Part shown: one piece after another, positions 48,638 to 58,713 of the stretch
Position numbering within the stretch: the first letter of the stretch is position 1
Layout of the letters: the number at the start of each line of letters is the position of its first letter
Source of the DNA: an uncultured virus (IMG/VR IMGVR_UViG_3300006103_001171)
Taxonomy: Duplodnaviria; Heunggongvirae; Uroviricota; Caudoviricetes
IMG/VR virus record: IMGVR_UViG_3300006103_001171
DNA length: 64,000 nt
Reading direction: 5' to 3' (one strand)
The notes under the pieces: generated by a model
What the model was told of the DNA's origin: nothing
The model's input: only the letters and a program-made list of their open reading frames with translations
Databases searched by the model: none
Translations under genes and position numbers: made by a program

Positions 48638-50467
48638 ATGGCACAAGCAAATATTTCACAAAGAGTTAATTATACTAGTAGGAATTTCTCAGATATAAGA
48701 ACTGATTTAGTTAATATGGTTAAACAATACTACCCAAGTATTTTTAATGATTTTAACGATGCTTCAATCGGTATGATGCTTTTAGAACTTAATGCTGCCG
48801 TAGGAGACATGTTATCTTTTAATACGGATAGAATGTTTCAAGAAGCACAAATTGACTATGCACAACAAAAAAGTTCAGTACTTTCTATGGCTAGGACATT
48901 TGGTTTAAAAATTCCAAATACACGTCCATCAGCAACAATTGTAGATTTTACCGTAACGTTACCAGTATTCGGAACAACTTTTGACGTTTCATACGCACCA
49001 ATTATTCAAGCTGGTGCACAAGTTAATGGTGCTGGTAAAACATTTGAGACTCAGTATGATATTGATTTCTCATCACCATTTAATCTTAGTGGTGTACCTA
49101 ATAGAACAATTATCCCAAATTATGATTCTAATAATAATCTAATAAATTATTCCGTAACAAAAAGAGAAATTGTTATTAATGGTTACACAAAAATATATAG
49201 ACAAGTTATTACACCAAGCAATGTCGTTCCATTTTTTGAAGTTTTTTTACCAGATAATAATGTTTTATCTGTAACCTCAGTTATTACTCTTAATGGTACT
49301 AATTACACTTCAGACCCGACACCACAACAATTTCTAAATGAAAATAATACTTGGTATGAGGTTGATGCGTTAGCTGAAGATACTCTTTTTGTTCCAGACT
49401 ATAATAAAATTAGTGATAACCCATCAATTATACCTGGTAAATACATTACAACAAATAAAAAATTTATTACTGAATATACAGATTTAGGATTTATGAAAAT
49501 GATATTTGGTGGTGGTAATCAAGACACAAGCTCATTATATAGTTTTGGTATTAGTGCTGACATCATCAACCAAATTGGTGACTTTATAAATAATTTATCT
49601 TTAGGTACAACACTTAGTCCAAATACCACATTATTTGTTAAATATAGAGTTGGTGGTGGTGCTGATACAAATATTGGTCAAGGTATAATAAATAACGTTG
49701 GTTTAATTAATATGACAGTCAATGGTGCTAATCAAACGACCAATAATGCTGTTAAATCATCATTAAAAGTAAACAATCCTATTCCAGCTTTAGGTGGTCG
49801 TGATACCCCATCTGTTGAAGAAATAAGGAACTTAGTTAGATATAATTTTTCTGCCCAAAATAGAGCTGTAACCATTAAAGACTATCAATCAAGAATAGCA
49901 CTTATGAATGGTCAATTTGGTGCACCATTTAGAACTGGTGTTGTTGAATTACAAAATAAGATTCAAATTTATATCTTAGGTCTTAATGCTAACGGTAACC
50001 TTGATAATTCATCAACTAGTACACTTTTAAAGAATATAGCGACATATCTTTCTGACTATAGAATGATGAATGATTATATTGAAGTAACCAATGCTAGGAT
50101 TATTAACCTGAAATTTCAAGTTAATATTTATATTGATAAAACATATCCACAATCACAAATAATTGCAAATGTAGTTAATGATATTAAAACTTATATGGAT
50201 ATTAATAATTTTCAAATGGGTGAAAATATTTATTTATCTAATTTAATACAAACTATAAATAGTGTTGCTGGTGTTTTAAATGTTATTAATTTAAATGTTT
50301 ATAATTTAGTTGGTGGGGATTATTCATCAAATCAAATTTCACAACCACTTTTAGATGCAACAACTGGTCAAATTGATATAAGTCAACAATACACTCTTTT
50401 TGGTGAACCTGACTGTATGTATGAAATTAAATATCCTAATAAGGATATAACTGTAAGTGTTTCATAA
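48638..50467 (+). CDS. Baseplate wedge protein, T4 gp6/baseplate J-like
   Basis: YTSRNFSDIR, YRVGGG and GGRD...QNRAVTIKDY. Confidence 0.9.
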   Translation: MAQANISQRVNYTSRNFSDIRTDLVNMVKQYYPSIFNDFNDASIGMMLLELNAAVGDMLSFNTDRMFQEAQIDYAQQKSSVLSMARTFGLKIPNTRPSATIVDFTVTLPVFGTTFDVSYAPIIQAGAQVNGAGKTFETQYDIDFSSPFNLSGVPNRTIIPNYDSNNNLINYSVTKREIVINGYTKIYRQVITPSNVVPFFEVFLPDNNVLSVTSVITLNGTNYTSDPTPQQFLNENNTWYEVDALAEDTLFVPDYNKISDNPSIIPGKYITTNKKFITEYTDLGFMKMIFGGGNQDTSSLYSFGISADIINQIGDFINNLSLGTTLSPNTTLFVKYRVGGGADTNIGQGIINNVGLINMTVNGANQTTNNAVKSSLKVNNPIPALGGRDTPSVEEIRNLVRYNFSAQNRAVTIKDYQSRIALMNGQFGAPFRTGVVELQNKIQIYILGLNANGNLDNSSTSTLLKNIATYLSDYRMMNDYIEVTNARIINLKFQVNIYIDKTYPQSQIIANVVNDIKTYMDINNFQMGENIYLSNLIQTINSVAGVLNVINLNVYNLVGGDYSSNQISQPLLDATTGQIDISQQYTLFGEPDCMYEIKYPNKDITVSVS

Positions 50468-50515
50468 ATTATTATTTTCTTTTAATATAAAGTTAATATA
50501 TTGTTATAAAAAAAT

Positions 50516-50827
50516 ATGGGTTGTAATTGTAAAAATACTGGTACTATAGAATTACCAGAAAATGAAAAATTATCATTAACGTCAATAATTCTTGATTATA
50601 CAATTAGATTTATTTTATATTTAATTTTATTACCATTTATTATACCAATAACAATTATTGTTTTATTTTATACAATAGTTATAAATAAGGGTAATTTAAA
50701 CGGTTCTGGTATGATGAAAATTGTTGGTAAGTTATTAAAAAATGCTTATAAAGAAGAGGAAGAAGATGAATTTCTTGATGAAGAATTTAATGATGAAGAT
50801 TACGAATTAGATGAAATAATAAATTAA
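50516..50827 (+). CDS. Small membrane protein
   Basis: MGCNCK start, long hydrophobic segment and highly acidic C-terminus. Confidence 0.6.
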   Translation: MGCNCKNTGTIELPENEKLSLTSIILDYTIRFILYLILLPFIIPITIIVLFYTIVINKGNLNGSGMMKIVGKLLKNAYKEEEEDEFLDEEFNDEDYELDEIIN

Positions 50828-50828
50828 A

Positions 50829-53800
50829 ATGTCAGATACAATAAGAATTAAAACAACACCAAATGGTTCAGATAAGTATTTAAATGTTAAAATTGAGCAA
50901 GATTTTGATTTTATTCAAGTACTTTCTTTAAAAATAACACAAGATAATGTTTATCAAAATTTTTGTGCCGATTATGGTGTTGTTGTTGGTAGAGTTGTAA
51001 TTAATTCTGGATTTGGTGTTCCAAATGTTAAGGTTTCTATTTTTATACCCTTAGATGACACAGATAGTACAGACCCAATAATTAGTGGGTTATACCCATA
51101 TACAACGGTTAATGATAAAAATAGTGATGGTATTAGGTATAATTTATTGCCTAGTATTTCAGATAGTCAAGACCCTTGTTATACAACAGTAGGTACCTTC
51201 CCAACTAAAAGAGAAATCTTAGATAACGATGATATGCTTTATGTTTATAAAAAGTATTATCAATTTACAAGCATAACAAATTATGCTGGTGATTTTATGA
51301 TTTTTGGTGTTCCATTAGGTAACCATACCGTACATGTCGATATGGATATATCAAACATTGGAATTGCATCACAAAGACCTTATGACCTTATTAGTCAAGG
51401 AGCACCACCATCAATGTTTTATAGTCCAACTAAATTTAAAGCAAACACAAATTTAAATTCATTACCACAAATAAAAACAGCTAATGCTTCAGTTAATGTT
51501 CAACCATTTTGGGGTGACCAAAATAATTGTCAAATTGGTATAAATCGTTTAGATTTTGACATGAATTATAACATAACCCCAGCAGCTATCTTTATGGGTG
51601 GTATCTTTGGTGACCATGAAAAAAACAGTGTTGATAAACGTTGTATACCTAGAAAAAAAATGGGTATAATGTGCCAACAAGAGACTGGGCCTGGGATGAT
51701 TGAAATGATTAGAAAAACACAAGAAAATCAAATTGAATCATTCGATGTTAATGGTGGACAAGTTATTGATAATAATGGTGCTTGGGCGTATCAAATACCG
51801 ATGAATTTAGATTATGTTGTTACAGCTGAAGATGGTAGTCTTATTCCATCATCTGACCCAAATATTGGTATCCCAACAAGAAGTAGAGTTAGGTTTAGAA
51901 TAAGTATGAATGAAAGTGGTGATTTAGGTCGTTTAAGGACTAGAGCTAATTACTTAGTACCTAATAATCCAGCTAGTTATAATGAGTTAGATTTAAATTT
52001 TGACCAAACAACTAAGGATTCTAGCTTTACTGATTTATATTGGAATAAAATATACACAGTAAAGAATTTTATACCTAAATACTATAGAAATAATGAAAAT
52101 AGATTTTTAGGTATAAAAGATACTGATAAATGTGAATCAAATAATCTTTTCCCATATAATAACTATTCAACATATAAAATTGGTTTTAATTTTATATTGT
52201 TTAGTATAATATGTTTAATTTCTAAATATGTAACATTTTTAGTTGCAACAGTTAACTCTAGCCTTGGTATTTTTTTAGTTATTCAAAATATTTTTAATAC
52301 TATTTTATGCCCTCATTTTTTAGGTATTACGCCTTGGTGTTTAACTAATATAGATATAGTTCCTGTTATAAAATTAAAATGTGATATTGATGATAATTCT
52401 AGTGGATACGCCCCAACATTATTTGACTATGTAAATGGTAAAGCCAACGATTGGTCAAATTGTATTGCTGTTGGTATGGCAACTAATTTTGATGTTTATC
52501 AAATGGATTTTTATAATGATTGGATTAATGGTGCATTGTATAGTTACTTATTAAAATATAAACATAAAAATAACGGTAGAAATAAGTATTGTGATGCTAA
52601 TTGCGTTAACGATAGTAATCCATGTGTTGATGGTACTATTTCATATTCAATACCAAATGGAACTTCAGAACCAATTAATAGTTCAGAAATAATAAATCAA
52701 GGATTAATTATTGCTGATACTAATAATACTTTATATTATAGTCCTATTACAACAACTGGTAGAAAACTATTTGCTACTGATATGACAAATTTAGGTGCAA
52801 TATTTAATTGTGATTGGCAATCATTTCCAAAAATAATTAATTATTTATCACCAACTAGTTATAAAATTCCACCAATTATTGTTGATAGTAATTTTGATTA
52901 TGTAAACATTGTAAAAACTTATACGAGTGGTATGTTTAGCACAGATTCTGGTACTGGTTTATTTTTTAAAGTTGATTGTGGTGGTGTTTCCCCAATAGAT
53001 GATTTTTCCCAAATTAATATGAAGAGGATTTCAGAATTTGGTGTTGATATACCAGAATCAACAGCAACAACAATTACACAACTTTCCATAAATCAAATAT
53101 ATGACTTAACAGAACCACCACAAGCTAGTATACATAAGTATATTAGGGATTCATACACTCTTTTAAATATTAACGGTTCTGGTATAAGCACATTCCCAAC
53201 AAATTTAATATCTAGTTTATCAGCACCAAGTGATGGTACTTCATTTGGCGTTGACGCAAATCCATATATAAACGGTGGTTTATATTCCAAATATGCAAAT
53301 TATAATAATTTGCTTGGTGGTTCATATTATATGTATTTCGGTCTTGTTAAGGGTAAAACAGCTTATGATAAGCTTAAAAGTAATTTCTTAACAGCTTGTC
53401 CACCAAATATAAATGATAATTTTGATATTAGAGTTGATATTTATCCGTCATCCACACCTACAGCATCTGACGGTGGGTTCAATTTTAGTTTTGTTGGTGG
53501 TACCCCACCATTCAGTACAATTATAGTTGGTCCTAATGTTCCAAACAATACATATATAAGTACAACACAAAGTCAAACACAAAGTGTTTCTGGTTTAATA
53601 GATGGTCAATATGAAATAGTTGCAACAGATAGTCTTGGAACCGTAGTAACTAGAAAAGTTATTATTTCTGGCCCACAAAGACTTACGATGTATTATAGTG
53701 TGTTTAATAACCCATCAACTAGTACTTCAAATGATGGTATTGTATTAATCGATTATTTAAGTGGTGGTACCGAACCATATACTATTTCTTTAACAAATAC

Positions 53801-54500
53801 AAAAACTAATCAATCATTTACACCAACAACAAATTTACAAGGTGGTAAATTTACAAATTTAAATGTTGGTACATATGTATTAAAAGTTGTTGATAAGAGT
53901 TCACCAAAACAAAGTGAAACGGTTAATTTTGAATTAACCGCACCACCACCATTAACTGTTATATTATCTAAAACAGATAGTAGTGCAACTAGTTGTGTAC
54001 CTAGTGGTTCAATTGTACCAAACATTAACGGTGGTAAGGCACCTTATATACTTAGTGCTACAAGTACCGATGGTTATTTGAGTGGCGGTAGTTCCGATGT
54101 AATATATTCATTTAATGATTTATATGCTGGGGATTATACGGTTACAGTTAAAGACTCCGTTGGTACGATAGTTACAGAAAATATAACAATTAATGGTTCT
54201 AAACAAATGAAATTTATCGGTGATGTACAAACAAAAACAATTGGTGGTAATAAAACTAATGCACAAATAACAGTAATAAAATATATTGCCGAAAATAATT
54301 TAGTAACTGGTGGGGTACCTAATTATATTTTATCAGCTAAAGGTGAAACGAGAACACCAACTTATACGTGGAATATATCACCATATGCCTTAAATAACCT
54401 TAACGGTATTTTTGGTTGGGAAAATATACCAACTGATGGTTCGTTTACGTTAACAGCAACTGATACAAATGGTTGTACCGTAACAAAAACATTTTATTAA
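50829..54500 (+). CDS. Large structural protein with C-terminal SprB-like repeats
   Basis: N-terminal YGVVVGRV...GVPNVKVS and TNYAGDFMIFGVPLG; C-terminal GGxxPY...L.xG.Y.x.V.D repeats ending ATDTNGC. Confidence 0.65.
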   Translation: MSDTIRIKTTPNGSDKYLNVKIEQDFDFIQVLSLKITQDNVYQNFCADYGVVVGRVVINSGFGVPNVKVSIFIPLDDTDSTDPIISGLYPYTTVNDKNSDGIRYNLLPSISDSQDPCYTTVGTFPTKREILDNDDMLYVYKKYYQFTSITNYAGDFMIFGVPLGNHTVHVDMDISNIGIASQRPYDLISQGAPPSMFYSPTKFKANTNLNSLPQIKTANASVNVQPFWGDQNNCQIGINRLDFDMNYNITPAAIFMGGIFGDHEKNSVDKRCIPRKKMGIMCQQETGPGMIEMIRKTQENQIESFDVNGGQVIDNNGAWAYQIPMNLDYVVTAEDGSLIPSSDPNIGIPTRSRVRFRISMNESGDLGRLRTRANYLVPNNPASYNELDLNFDQTTKDSSFTDLYWNKIYTVKNFIPKYYRNNENRFLGIKDTDKCESNNLFPYNNYSTYKIGFNFILFSIICLISKYVTFLVATVNSSLGIFLVIQNIFNTILCPHFLGITPWCLTNIDIVPVIKLKCDIDDNSSGYAPTLFDYVNGKANDWSNCIAVGMATNFDVYQMDFYNDWINGALYSYLLKYKHKNNGRNKYCDANCVNDSNPCVDGTISYSIPNGTSEPINSSEIINQGLIIADTNNTLYYSPITTTGRKLFATDMTNLGAIFNCDWQSFPKIINYLSPTSYKIPPIIVDSNFDYVNIVKTYTSGMFSTDSGTGLFFKVDCGGVSPIDDFSQINMKRISEFGVDIPESTATTITQLSINQIYDLTEPPQASIHKYIRDSYTLLNINGSGISTFPTNLISSLSAPSDGTSFGVDANPYINGGLYSKYANYNNLLGGSYYMYFGLVKGKTAYDKLKSNFLTACPPNINDNFDIRVDIYPSSTPTASDGGFNFSFVGGTPPFSTIIVGPNVPNNTYISTTQSQTQSVSGLIDGQYEIVATDSLGTVVTRKVIISGPQRLTMYYSVFNNPSTSTSNDGIVLIDYLSGGTEPYTISLTNTKTNQSFTPTTNLQGGKFTNLNVGTYVLKVVDKSSPKQSETVNFELTAPPPLTVILSKTDSSATSCVPSGSIVPNINGGKAPYILSATSTDGYLSGGSSDVIYSFNDLYAGDYTVTVKDSVGTIVTENITINGSKQMKFIGDVQTKTIGGNKTNAQITVIKYIAENNLVTGGVPNYILSAKGETRTPTYTWNISPYALNNLNGIFGWENIPTDGSFTLTATDTNGCTVTKTFY

Positions 54501-54502
54501 TT

Positions 54503-56176
54503 ATGGATAATAGGATTTCTCAATTATTAGGTTCTAGTGAATCTAAAACATCTGTTAATACAGATGTATATACCAATATTGAAATTAATGGTAGTGGAAA
54601 ACTTATACCTGATAATGATATAAATAGTGTTTTAGACCTTACAACTCAGTTTAATACTGAAAGACAAGCATGTACCTATTATAGACTTTTAGGTAAAATA
54701 AACCCAATAATATCAAATGTTTTATTTAATATTACTGGCCCAGATTCATGGGAAATATTTAATTCACCAGTATTTATTGATATTAATTTAGCTGTAAGTG
54801 ATACAAATTTGACATATCCAGAATCATTAAGTAATAATTTAAAAGAAATTGAGGGTTGGTATGGTTATTATAATACTGGTTTTACAAGTGCTTCTTTATG
54901 TCAATTTATTGATATGGAACCTAAACGTGAAAGATTTTCATTCTTACCAGACATGACAAATCATGGTATTAATAATTGGTATTTAACAATAACCTATCCA
55001 TATTCAGCTGACACAACACATTATTTAATTAATGGTGGTTTATTGATTGTTACGGCAACAAATGTAATTGTAGGTGGTAAGCCAATGACAGCACTTTATG
55101 TACCAGTTTCACATAACTTATCAGTTGGTGATTCTGTTCAATTATCTGGTACAACCAATGATGGAATTTATGATATTAAAAGAGTTGGTTTAGATGACGG
55201 TTCATATAAAAATAATTTTTTCTGTATTGATATAATTGATATTTCTGTTGGTCAAAATAGCAGAATGTCAAAAATTTATAATGATGTTCCATCAACTTAT
55301 TATTTTAGGAAATTTAAAAAAGTTAATACGAAAGCTGGTAAACAAGTTGAATTCGGTGATTACGACATTTATAAATTAGGATTTTCTGAAACCATATTTA
55401 CTGATGAAATTACACAATTTATTTTTAATGAAGAAATTGATGTAAATGGCCTTAATGATAATTTAGGTAGACCATTAAGTCAATTATACTTAACAACTAT
55501 TAAAACGGATTCAAACGGTATTTTTTCTAATATTTCATCAGGACTTGAGGTACCATTTATTGACGTTTTTAATAGTGTTATACCATATCTATCAGCTGTT
55601 ACTGTTGTACAAAAAATACATAATGTAAGTGATTGGAAAGTATCATCATCAGCGTCATTAGAATCAAATGTATTAATATCAAATTCAGATTTTTATGGTG
55701 ATGTTGTTGAATATAATACAACGACCATTCAAGAAGTAATTTTAAGCGATGTTCAATATAGATTTAATACAATAAATAGAGAAACAACAAATGGGATTAT
55801 TGCTGGTGGTCCAAGACCAGAAGGTTATTATTATAAGGCGCATAACATAATTAATATAAGACAATTTAGTAGTTATGTTGAACAAGGTAATTCTGGTTCA
55901 ACAACTGGTATTCCAATTTATGCTGAAAGTTTAAGTGATGGTAGATACATTTGGCGAGACTTTTTAGACATCGGTTATATTGATATTAATCAACCAGTAT
56001 TAAATTATCCGTTTTTAAATGGTAATCATTATATATATCAAAATTATGAATTTATTATAAGAAGACAAGATGCTTTTGATGAATGGGGTTTATTTTATTC
56101 TACATTTCCAGCAGACCCAATAGGTAAAGCAACACCACCACATTTTAAAATAAAATCAGCAGAAACAATATGTTAA
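54503..56176 (+). CDS. Putative structural protein
   Basis: ATG at 54503 just after the upstream stop is preferred to the track's 54473; tightly packed in the baseplate operon. Confidence 0.6.
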   Translation: MDNRISQLLGSSESKTSVNTDVYTNIEINGSGKLIPDNDINSVLDLTTQFNTERQACTYYRLLGKINPIISNVLFNITGPDSWEIFNSPVFIDINLAVSDTNLTYPESLSNNLKEIEGWYGYYNTGFTSASLCQFIDMEPKRERFSFLPDMTNHGINNWYLTITYPYSADTTHYLINGGLLIVTATNVIVGGKPMTALYVPVSHNLSVGDSVQLSGTTNDGIYDIKRVGLDDGSYKNNFFCIDIIDISVGQNSRMSKIYNDVPSTYYFRKFKKVNTKAGKQVEFGDYDIYKLGFSETIFTDEITQFIFNEEIDVNGLNDNLGRPLSQLYLTTIKTDSNGIFSNISSGLEVPFIDVFNSVIPYLSAVTVVQKIHNVSDWKVSSSASLESNVLISNSDFYGDVVEYNTTTIQEVILSDVQYRFNTINRETTNGIIAGGPRPEGYYYKAHNIINIRQFSSYVEQGNSGSTTGIPIYAESLSDGRYIWRDFLDIGYIDINQPVLNYPFLNGNHYIYQNYEFIIRRQDAFDEWGLFYSTFPADPIGKATPPHFKIKSAETIC

Positions 56177-57039
56177 AATATCAAATAAATCCAAGTATAT
56201 TTGCTAGTGGTACGACAGCAAGTACGATTAATATACCAATTACATTAAAATTTGAACCTATTGATAATAGTGAAGCTATTCAAAATAATTTTGTTAATGA
56301 ACAAGTTCAAGAATCAATTAATCCAATTTTAGATTATGAAAAGATTAAATTTAAACCATTTTCAAATGTTCAAAATAATACTGGACCTGTTAATCAAATA
56401 ACATATACGGTAAATTTTTTAACTGGTAATACAATATTATCACCAACATATTATTCAAATATTGACTTCACTGATGATGATATTAAATACGAAAGAAATT
56501 ACTTTTTACAAAGTTATTTGTATTTAGGTTTTTATGATAGTGATAATACGTTAACACAAAATTTAGTTACTGAAATTGAAATGTATTGTGGTTTAAATAA
56601 AGGAAATAATGGTGATTTTTTAGATTCAACAGCTGCTCAGTCAATTAATTATTCAGTTGGTCATCCAAAATTAGCTTCAGCAATTCCAGTAAGATTAATA
56701 GTTTCTAACCCTTTAAAAATAAATAATGGATTTTATGAAGGTTATAATATTTATGATTATAAGAGTGATTATTATTTAACACCATCAAAATACTTGTATA
56801 TGAAAGCTAGTTTTTTTAACGCTAAAAATGGTAAAACAATTAACTTAATGACTGAAAAAAAGCCATATACAATTGATGAGTTGGTTAATAAATTATACAC
56901 TAGATATAAGCTTTATAAAAACGAATTTGGTTATTATTATGAAATTGATAATACTTACTCAAGTAATGTATTTATTAACAATAATATACCTAATTTACCA
57001 AATATTACTGTAAATCTTTATCAAATACAATCGTTGTAA
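56170..57039 (+). CDS. Putative structural protein
   Basis: 289-aa ORF overlapping both neighbours. Confidence 0.6.
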   Translation: MLKYQINPSIFASGTTASTINIPITLKFEPIDNSEAIQNNFVNEQVQESINPILDYEKIKFKPFSNVQNNTGPVNQITYTVNFLTGNTILSPTYYSNIDFTDDDIKYERNYFLQSYLYLGFYDSDNTLTQNLVTEIEMYCGLNKGNNGDFLDSTAAQSINYSVGHPKLASAIPVRLIVSNPLKINNGFYEGYNIYDYKSDYYLTPSKYLYMKASFFNAKNGKTINLMTEKKPYTIDELVNKLYTRYKLYKNEFGYYYEIDNTYSSNVFINNNIPNLPNITVNLYQIQSL

Positions 57040-57782
57040 TGGAATTAATAAAAAGACAAATATCGTTAGAAGAATCGACAGATAGAAATTATAATAGTCC
57101 AACCTATGGAACTATTACAGCAACTTCTTTCTATATTAATGTAATGTTAACTCAAGACATTGAAAATTTAGGTATTTTTACAGATATTGATTATATTTCT
57201 AGTAGTTCATATACACAAAACATAAACGACTATAATGTAAAAAAAGTTGGTGTTAAAGTTTATGATTTTTATACAACAAATAATAAATTAGTTACTGGTC
57301 GTACAGAATCACATTTAACAGATGTTAGAACATATAGTTCAAAATCCCCATATCAGGTTGGTTTTAATGTAAATTCTGAGACATATATTGATTTTAAGGG
57401 TAATACAATTAACGGTGTTGATAGGGTAACGTCCATTTCGGACCCAATAACATATGTATTTGGTACCGATAAAGATGACCCAAATATTGGTAATACTAAT
57501 CAAAAAAGTGGTCTTTTATATCAAGACTATAGTGCCACAAATTTAACACATATATCATATATTGGACAAGGATGGAATGAAACAAATATATCATTATCAG
57601 CATTAACAAAAATAAATGATTACACATTTGGAATAACTTCTGTACCAGTAGTTAATAGTGATGTTTTTATTGACAGAGGAATAACAAACGTATTTGAACC
57701 ACACTTAAAATTATCTGAAGTAACTAATTTAGGCGAATTGGAAAGGTATGGTAACGGATATTTTAATTTAACAACAACATAA
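57039..57782 (+). CDS. Putative structural protein
   Basis: 247 aa, TAATG coupling; C-terminal DVFIDRG...YGNGYF. Confidence 0.6.
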   Translation: MELIKRQISLEESTDRNYNSPTYGTITATSFYINVMLTQDIENLGIFTDIDYISSSSYTQNINDYNVKKVGVKVYDFYTTNNKLVTGRTESHLTDVRTYSSKSPYQVGFNVNSETYIDFKGNTINGVDRVTSISDPITYVFGTDKDDPNIGNTNQKSGLLYQDYSATNLTHISYIGQGWNETNISLSALTKINDYTFGITSVPVVNSDVFIDRGITNVFEPHLKLSEVTNLGELERYGNGYFNLTTT

Positions 57783-57802
57783 AAAAATAAAAAAAATAAA
57801 AT

Positions 57803-58711
57803 ATGGCAACAGGAACTTATGGCATAGTTAGACCATCGGATGTATCAACAGATGATATCGAAGTCTTTTATACTTATACCCCTTCAAGGGACAAACAAAG
57901 CAATGGATTAACTAAAATAGCTAATTCAAGTGATGTTTTAATAAAGGTTAATAATCCAAATAATACAAATGGTGGGTTTGAAATGTTTGGTGGGTTATAT
58001 ACACTTAAATTACCAGTATCAATATTTAATACTGCTGGTATTTATACGGTTATAATTAAACCAATTGAAATTAGAACAACAATCACGGATGTTGGTGTTT
58101 TGTCAGCATATCCAGATGTTAGAGGTTTAGTATTTGATTCATCAATTATACCAACAAATTTAGCTAATAGATTTGCAAATAATGGTCTTATTGGTTATAG
58201 AATTGAATATTTAGATACAACAAAATCTGATAGTAAAGTTAATAATACCTTTACGATTATAACATCTAATAATCGTGCTGAAGTTGTAAATCAAAACTTA
58301 ACTAATTCAAACCAAAAGGCTGTTAGATATCGTTTTAATGATAATTCAACATTAGTTTTTTGTACTATTACCCCAAATTCAGCATCAAGTGTAAATCCGA
58401 ATGTATTTCCATTTATTGGACAACCAAATCAAAATGTAATTATTACTAATACATTTTTTAACCCTATTATGGTTGAAATTGAATTAGTTAATTATGATAT
58501 TGAAACACTTGCCTACGGTATATTTGGTAATCAAAGTAAATCCACAGAAGATGGAATTTATACAATATATAACTTTAATAATCAAATCTTTGCACAATAT
58601 GACCTATATGAAATTAAAGATGCTTTCACTGGTGTACCTTTATTTGATATTAGAGAACAAAGAAATAATATAGATTTCACAAAGAATTTTAATTCGGTAA
58701 CAAAAGTTTAA
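57803..58711 (+). CDS. Putative structural protein
   Basis: 302-aa ORF with A-rich leader in the baseplate operon. Confidence 0.6.
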   Translation: MATGTYGIVRPSDVSTDDIEVFYTYTPSRDKQSNGLTKIANSSDVLIKVNNPNNTNGGFEMFGGLYTLKLPVSIFNTAGIYTVIIKPIEIRTTITDVGVLSAYPDVRGLVFDSSIIPTNLANRFANNGLIGYRIEYLDTTKSDSKVNNTFTIITSNNRAEVVNQNLTNSNQKAVRYRFNDNSTLVFCTITPNSASSVNPNVFPFIGQPNQNVIITNTFFNPIMVEIELVNYDIETLAYGIFGNQSKSTEDGIYTIYNFNNQIFAQYDLYEIKDAFTGVPLFDIREQRNNIDFTKNFNSVTKV

Positions 58712-58713
58712 TT

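Noticed and set aside
7717..50467. Bacterial contractile injection system or tailocin locus
   Set aside because: Interleaved phage-type SSB, RecA, helicase, RNR and homing endonucleases, with no cellular housekeeping context, indicate a phage genome.
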